From Eledone cirrhosa (lineage: Eukaryota), in contig CAXHJY010001530.1 of NCBI GenBank assembly GCA_964016885.1, positions 62,001 through 126,000 on the forward strand: a stretch of DNA of 64,000 nucleotides, read 5' to 3'. The position numbers and the translations under genes are program-made. Shown piece by piece: positions 56,006-64,000 of this stretch (position 1 is its first letter; each line of letters starts with the position of its first letter). The notes below the pieces were generated by a model. The model was not told where the DNA came from. It saw only the letters and a list, made by a program, of their open reading frames with translations, and ran no database searches.

Positions 56006-56839
56006 TTCATAGTAAATTACAATTATGGCGCTATCATTTGAGAGCACATGTCAAAATTAGACTGATCTTAACATAGTTACTTTTTTATTGCCATTGAATC
56101 AAGGCATTCAACAGTGCTACCCTCTGTAAAAAACATATCTTGCATTATGTATTTACACACATGTTTCTGTTTTGGTTGATCATTGTGTAACTGTAATACC
56201 TATATGTGTTGTCTGATTAGGTATATTGACATAAAACCAAAATAAAAATATGTTACAATTAACAAAAGATGTCTTTGAAGGAATATTTAGCATGCTGTTA
56301 ATAGAAACATATTCATTTTTGTTTTGCATCAATTATTTTGTTTTTGCATTTGAGGAAAAGATAATAACCCTGAAATATCATCTTGAAATATACTGAGTAA
56401 GAGTAGCATTACTTTGTTTGTTTTATTTGTCATTCTTTGTCATTATATATTTCCACCACATTGTACCGGCTTTCCAAAATAGTTAGTCATTTATTAAATA
56501 TGTTGTTGACTATCTAAGCTTAGCCTGTTCATCTACCTGTACACAGCTAGTTAGCATTGTGTTTACACATAGCTAGGTCCCCAAAAGTGGTGTGATTCCT
56601 AGCTTAGCTAATAAGGAAGCTGCTGATTAGTTGCATGTTTTGGAAGGAGTAGTCATATTATTTCACACTTGGTCACCCAATACCTTCACATAGGGTTATA
56701 AAATATTTATATTTCTTTACTTAGCTCACATGTTACAAAAGGTAGGCCAATTTTATTTACATAATCGAATTAAGCAGAATATATTGCAGAATACCAAAAA
56801 GAAAAGAAGAAAAATAACAACAGCAAACAAACAAAATCA

Positions 56840-58560
56840 TTATGGCTTCAAGCATTGCATGGACGATTTTTAAAATGGATAAAATTAATGATACTTTCTG
56901 AAAAAATACTGTCTGCTATATTTTCATATCATGAGGAGGGAAAACTTTCACATCTAATATGATGAATCATCTTAAAACATTTCATTCTGATGAATTGGCA
57001 AAAGAAACTGCTAAAATAAAGAGAAAAAAATGTTGATGCTGAATGTTCATTGGCAAAAAATAAGTATTCTGCCAAAACACAAACGACATTAACTGATATA
57101 CTAAAACTGAAAAAGATAAGGGACATCAATGATCATTGGTCTAAATATATCCATTATTTGATTGGATAACTGATCACCGTTGTCTTGCAACTATATTCTG
57201 TTGTGTCTGATTTAGAATTTCAAAAATTATTCCCAGCTACAATATACTATGCTGAATTTTGTTTTTGAAAACATCATTCCTTATATAATATATATATACC
57301 ATAAAGTACAAACGAAAATTCAGAAATATGTTAGTAATTGTTTCTACTTTTGGCACAAGGCCAGCAATAACCTAGTATATTACTGGTGCTTTATTTTATC
57401 AACCCGGCAAGGATGAAAGGCAAAGTTAACCTCGGCGGGATTTGAACTCAGACCATAAAGGGCTGTAACTCTTTGCTGCAAAGCATGGCATCAGACCCTC
57501 TACCGATACTGCCAATACACTGCCCTATGTTAATAATTGTTTCTACTTTAGGCACAAGGCCAGCAATTACCCAGTGCATTACTGGTACTTTATTTTATCG
57601 ACCCCGTAAGGATGAAAGGCAAAGTCAACCTCGGTGGGATTTGAACTCAGATTGTAAAGGGATGTAACTATGCTGGAAAGCATGACGTCCGACCCTCTAC
57701 CGATACTGCCAATACACTGCCCTATGTTAATAATGCCAACTATATTTCTTTACCTACTGACATTTGGCAGGTTACTACAACTAAGTCTCCAATTTTTGTA
57801 AAAAGCGACTACATGACAGATCAATTTGAACAAGAGCTGTTTTAAGAATTATTCCTTTTAAAGTTTTCACATAGTTTCAGGGAATAGTGAAGTGTTAAGT
57901 AATGTTTTCAAACATTTTAAGTTGACAAATAATAATTTCTCAGGATTGCGAGTATTGAAACCAAGGCCAGGAATTGTGACATAAAATCATCCTTATCATG
58001 CTTCACACATACACTTCAACTTTCTTTGAATGATTCAATGTTTGCTCTGCAAACCATGAAAGACATTATCTCAACTAGTCAAAATATTATTCATCACTTT
58101 ATTCATTCTACTGAAGCTGGAAGCAGGTTGACAGCATTACAAGCACAGTTGGGGTTAAAGAAACACAAATTCATTCAGGATAAACCAACTCTCTAGATTT
58201 CAGTGTAATACATGCTGGAAAAATATGGAATAGCAAAATGCCCTTGTAATATATGCTGTAGATAGTTACACTCATACACTGAGTGGTTACCAGTGGTCTC
58301 TTGGAGAAAATATTGTTGAACTTATAAAACCATTCAAGGAAATTACTGTGAAAGCAAGTAAACAAGAAATCACTTCTGCAATAATTATACCAACAAATTA
58401 TACTATGAAATTATTGCTGTTAAAAGTAAAAACAAATATTTCCTTTACAGTCGTCAGTTGAAAATAGATTTTCAATATAGTTGGATAACAAGTCTTTGTA
58501 TCTAGAAAAGAAGTCCAACACAAAGTTGAGATTGAAATTCCCCTGAATGGCAAAGAAAAT
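56840..58560 (+). pseudogene. hAT (BED-finger) transposase remnant, interrupted by two SINEs
   Basis: Read by eye outside the ORF track: SSIAWTIF, TSNMMNHLKTFH (BED), YSVVSDLEFQKL, SLPTDIW, CFTHTLQL, QDKPT, IVELIKPFKEIT. Confidence 0.78.
57336..57730 (-). mobile_element. Two head-to-tail full-length MetaSINE-like SINEs
   Basis: 57336-57528 and 57533-57730, each with a complete tRNA-like head. Confidence 0.88.
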
Positions 58561-58917
58561 AAAAAAATGGGCATTAGTTAATTTGGAAAATACTTACATT
58601 TAAGAATATGGATAGGATTCAGTTTTAAGATTCATATACTTCTGACAATGATAAAGAATACAGAGGAGTATTACTAACATTTTCAATTTTATTTGAAGAG
58701 TTAGCACCTGGAAAATTAAAAATGATGATAAGCCAGCATACCCAATGAAGAAATCAAAATAAAATTCTAGTTTAGAAGTGTTATTTCAATTGAATTTTGC
58801 ACATTAACATTTATTTTGTTTGATTCATTTTCATTTTTTATATTTCACAGTTCAAGTTCTGATATTGTAACAGCAATTATATTTCATATACATTCTATGG
58901 ATACATATGGCTTAGTA

Positions 58918-59231
58918 TGGAGGCATATGGCTTAGTGGTTAGAGCATTGGCCTTGCAATCGAAAGATTGTGAGTTCAATTCTCAGACCGGGTGATGTGTT
59001 GTTTCCTTGAGCAAGACACTTTATTTCACATTTCTCCAGTTTACTCAGCTGTAGAAATGAGATGTATAGTGGTCGTGGAGGTGCCACGCAAAAAAGCACC
59101 CAGCACTCATTGTAAATGAGGTTGGTGTTAGGAAGGGCATCCAGCTGTAGAAATCAAGCCAGAATCAGTTCCCATCCCACCCTTGCAAGCAAGGAAAAGG
59201 GGATGTAAAATGATGATGATGATGATGATGA
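58918..59231 (+). mobile_element. tRNA-derived SINE with RTE-type 3' tail
   Basis: A box TGGCTTAGTGG, B box GAGTTCAATTC; same family as 54600-54948. Confidence 0.88.
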
Positions 59232-59559
59232 TTCTACTTATGTTATAGTCTTCAGTTTGTTATCAAATATTATATTGATATTTCCTTATGTTAACATGGC
59301 ATAGATCATTCCAGAATGCAAATGTTAACTAACTGATTACTTCATTTTGTGTGTGCAAATAGAAAGCACTAAATGTATTCTTATAAGGAGGTTCAAATTG
59401 AATCATGAAATTCTGGTGATAACCAAACAATGACAATGGGGTTTGACTGGTTTTGGCTGTTAAATTTCTGCAATACCCAGCTCATTATAATGACAAATGT
59501 TAGGGTGGTGGATTGGCAGTATCAGTAAAGTGTTGGCCACCATGCTTCATCTTGTGCAC

Positions 59560-59800
59560 ATGAGAAGGTGGTTTTCTGTATTACTGCATAATGACAAAGA
59601 TCTTGATCCTGTATCATCACTTTTGAGAGACGCAATTGTGGAAGGTCAGATTTTATCACCTCATCTCAAGTTTTCCTAGGTCTTTCTACTCCAAAGATTC
59701 CATCAACTTTGATTGTCCTGCACATTTTCATACAGCTGTTATCTTTCATACATGTCACATGGCCATACCAATGTAATCTTGCACACTGCATCTTCTCCCA
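59560..59800 (-). pseudogene. RTE ORF 3' fragment
   Basis: RLHWYGHVTCMKDNSCMKMC..VERPRKT. Confidence 0.75.
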
Positions 59801-62800
59801 ATTATGCCTGGTTTCTGAAGTTATGGAATTCACCAGAAGGGTGAGAGGAGTAGATGAAAACTTGGGGAGGAGAGTGAGAGACGAATTGGTGTTGGGTTTC
59901 CATGCCTGAAATAAAGAGGAGTGTTTGCATGGTCGTCCGGAGACGAAAGGTGGATTCATATTCATATTTAATAATGCTCCAACTCTGCAACTCTGTAGTC
60001 CATTTGTTATACAAAACAACAATCAGGCCCATAACAATGATTAGTAGCAGCAGAAGAAGTAATAATTATTACAATGGAAATTGAGTTTAGAATGTACCAT
60101 GTTTGTGCAGTTCAGTTTTGATTGGGCCAAATGGCTATGAGGGTGTGTTAGGTGTGTGGGAGGAAAATTGGCTGATGTAGCCGAATTAGGGATACAAGAG
60201 TGGTGTGAGCATATTCGAGGAAAAAATTGGAAAGACAGAATATTTTTCTATTTTTGATTGAAGACAAGAAAAAATACGAAGAGGGGACTAGAGAGACTTA
60301 AAGCAAAACAAAGTTATGAGACTTAAAAGAATAAAGTAGATTAATAAATATACAGGCAGTTGGGAGAAGGTTATTAATAAGTGGAAGTAATGTTAAGAGA
60401 GAGAGAGAATAGCAATATAAAAAGAAACAGGATCTTAACTTTAAGACTTCAAGTCTACCATAGCCACATGCAGATATCTATATATATACATATATAGTGG
60501 GTGGCATTAGGAAGAGTAACCATATGTAGAAAGCATTATAAACATGATTCAGATGTGTCAAGGACATGGCAACCTCCCTAGTGCTGGTGCCATACCAAAT
60601 TGCACCAAGTACACTCATAAATTGGTTGGCGTTAGGAAGGGAAATCAGTTGTAAAAATCATGTCAAATATGGAACACATAAGTTTGGGGACAGTATCTCC
60701 AATTAAGTACTCATTTTTTCTGTAATGACCAGTCCAATTCATGCCAGCATGGATAAATGAATGTTCAATTATGGTATATATGAAGATATACATAAGCCTG
60801 ATAGCCAAACGTTTGAAAGATAATACTGTTTGCAGTCTGAATGCTTCAATAAGAAAATCTCTTCACAAGAAATATACTATTACGAAGGTGCTAAGAGAGA
60901 AATTATTGAAATTGTTCAGCCATGTAATAAGAAAGCTGTCCAATGCCTATACAGTGCTGGCATTTTGACAAGTCTTGTCAAACAGTTGACCAGATGGTAG
61001 ACTAAATCTGTATGTGTGTGTCAGTATTTGTGTGTATGCATGGCATGTATATATAAAGATAATATAAACATATGGTAATACACAAAATCAAATACACATT
61101 TCCGAGTTAAAACACATTCACTTATTTGCTTTAATATTATATAAATATTAATCAATGGCTGGTCTTTTATAATTTGCATGCACAGCTGTACATATAGTGT
61201 TAAAAACCTTCTCAGCAACAATATATTTAACGATGTTCGATTATGCTGAAAACAGCTCTTTGAAATGTGCACTTGATTGCCATTGGGTGACATTTATTTT
61301 TTTTCTTTGTCTTTGTTGTTCACTGTCAATGCATATATATAATATATATGCATTTATATTTAAATATGTATATGTATGTATTTATATGTGTATGTATCCA
61401 TGTGTGCTCACATGAATATATAATTTTGTTAGTTATTTATGAATGGTGAAAGTATAATTTAAAGCTTATTTGCAGCACATTTACCATCTGATATGGCAAG
61501 TGTGATGTTTATACCTATGTGTTAATGTTTTGTAATTTCCCATTCCACTGATATTCAGTCTTTGACCTATATTGGACTCCATACACATAGGCTTGCAGGC
61601 TAGCAAAATTTGAGCAGATGCTGTAACAAGCATTTATGGAATACACTGATTTTCTATGACTTTGATTTGAGATTAGTTTCTCAGTGATATTTATATAATT
61701 CATTATATAAAATGATTGGGGGTGTCATAGTTTTCATACCATATATTGGCCTTATTGTTCTAATACCAAAAGTTGTTATGCACAGAGTGCATAATGCATC
61801 TACATAACCTTTTAACATTGACACACAACAGTATTTGCTACTGCCCAAGGTTACATAAAAATATTAACTAAAGAAGTTAATTGAAATGTGGTAGACACTT
61901 CTATGTTTCACACAAACAGGTATTATTGATCATGGAACATTCTTACAACAGACAGGCAGAAATCTCTATTCATCATTTCAGCTTGAATACTTTCCCTTCG
62001 GTTTTGTGAACCTGTTTGGATGGCCTTTGGTTTATTTTTGAATTTTTTCATTGTATTTCACTTTTAAAAATCAAAATATTGTAGAAGTAAAGAAATTAAA
62101 AATTTGTTTTATTTAAATTTTTGTTAAATTTGATGCATCACAGTGTTTTGGGAGGTTCTCACAAACCAATTTAAAACCCATATTATTCTAACTGGAATGA
62201 CAGTGAGATGGAAATTCCAAGGATTCAGTTGCCTGACTTCTATTAACATCTCTGAGAAATTATTTGAAAATGAGAAATTGTCATTAAACTATTGTGGACA
62301 CTAACTCTTACTTCGAAGCCATAAAGTCTGTTGCTTCTGTGTTTTAGCTAAACAAGAATTATGGGTAACAGAATGTCTACACAAAAGCAAGGAATCTCAA
62401 AGCATCATTTCATGTCAGCTAACACTTAATATTTGTGACTTTTGTCTTTTTTTCTTTTTTTGTTACAAGCAGAAAAAGCGGACGTAAAATGATGATGATG
62501 TATTGTTTGAAAAAGGTCTAAGATCATATTTTATAAAAACTAAAATGAAATTTACTCAGTCATTGTTTTATTAAATACCACATTTCTATATTATTAAACT
62601 TTCTACTCATTACACATGTGTCTGTGTGTTTATATATGTGCCACAGCCATATCATTCCTTCTAGAAATGGTGAATTTACAGAGGTGGTAGAGTATACTTG
62701 CTCATAGTGTGATGTAGCATGATTGAATTTGGAACTACACAGTTGCACATCAAACGTCTCAAGCATTCATCCATCCCAGCACCCATAAATATATATTGAT

Positions 62801-64000
62801 CTTAGAACTGTGAATTTAACACTTAGACAGCTGTGACTATCATTAAGTATATAAGTAATCAACTGTATTATATTCATAATTATTTTAACACCTGCTTTTT
62901 ACATGATAACATATTTTATTGTAGTACAGCATACTTTACTCTGAAGACAGGCTGGCAAAATATAATGAATGTTGGAGTGATTATATATGAATGAGTTTTC
63001 ATTAGAAATAATTATTAACAAATGTAAGGATATATTAATGTACCAATTTCTTGGTCTTGGAATAAATATAAATATAATTAGATTATAAATGTAACTGATT
63101 GCACCTTAACCTCAGTATTTTAAGACTATGATGTAGTTACAAATGTCAAACATTAATCTCTCCACTCTCTACAAAAGAAGATAGCTTGTTGAAATATCTA
63201 TGAAATGAAAACAACATAGATACAATGGAATAAAAAATATATGGCTTGTCATTAAAATATAAAGCTAATACATTATTGCTAACATGAACCAGCTATCATA
63301 GACTAAAATGTATTAGAGAAAAATATTTTTTAAGAAATCATGAAATAAAAATTACACAAAAATAAATAAAGAAAAAGAAGACATATTTCTAAATTTTAAA
63401 CATATAGAAATTAAATAAAAAATAAATAAAAACGAGATATTAGAACTAATGAATACTAAACTTTTGTTGAATTCCTTATATAATTTGATTCGCTTTGTTT
63501 TTTTATATTTTATTATGTCTTTACCTTTTAGGATCTTAATCTCTTCTTACAATCAAGCAAGAGGCTATATTTATTCAGCGACCAGTGTTACAATATGTAA
63601 ATACCTACAGACAACTGCTTTCCTGCAATTTTACCTTTAAGCAGTAAGTTGATACATTTGATAAATGATCTTTTATTTCTTAATTATGCACTCAACCTTT
63701 CTTCCAGCAGTACAAATGCTATTTGCTTTAAGCTCTGAAATCAATACTTGCATTATTGATGATGTTTTTAGAACTTGCTATTAGTTGTTTAGCAATCTAA
63801 TTAGCTGCAGCTATCATCCATCAAGTGCAAGCGAAATTCAATTAACATTATTAGAACAAAGGCAAAAGTTGTTTTAATTTTATATTTTATTATACTGAGA
63901 TAAAATTCGCTTGTATTTCCATTAATTACAAAATTTATGTTATCCAAAACTTATATAATATTTCCATGTGTCAGATATATGCTTATAATCATGGATCGTC

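Noticed and set aside
58918-58992. tRNA-like sequence
   Set aside because: SINE head followed by core and RTE tail; no proper cloverleaf.

Overview
AT-rich eukaryotic DNA that is almost entirely repeats. It looks like an octopus/cephalopod intron or intergenic region (inferred from the SINE/LINE repertoire and the abundant (TA)n). No host gene can be called with confidence. Recognisable decayed transposons: a near full-length Tx1/L1-clade LINE, a CR1-like LINE, RTE LINEs with partner tRNA-derived SINEs, a CRE-like fragment, a hAT transposase remnant, four Helitrons or Helitron fragments, and MetaSINE-like SINEs. The main unannotated signal: the short segments between (TA)n tracts are Penelope-like (PLE) or retrozyme-like fold-back elements. 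By eye they carry 17 type-I hammerhead ribozyme (HHR) motifs from about 9 sequence families. Many motifs have palindromic stem III, some occur on both strands, one family has a fixed CAGAAGA core variant, and three families have an octamer motif about 80 nt upstream. All folds and coordinates were read by eye and need computational confirmation.
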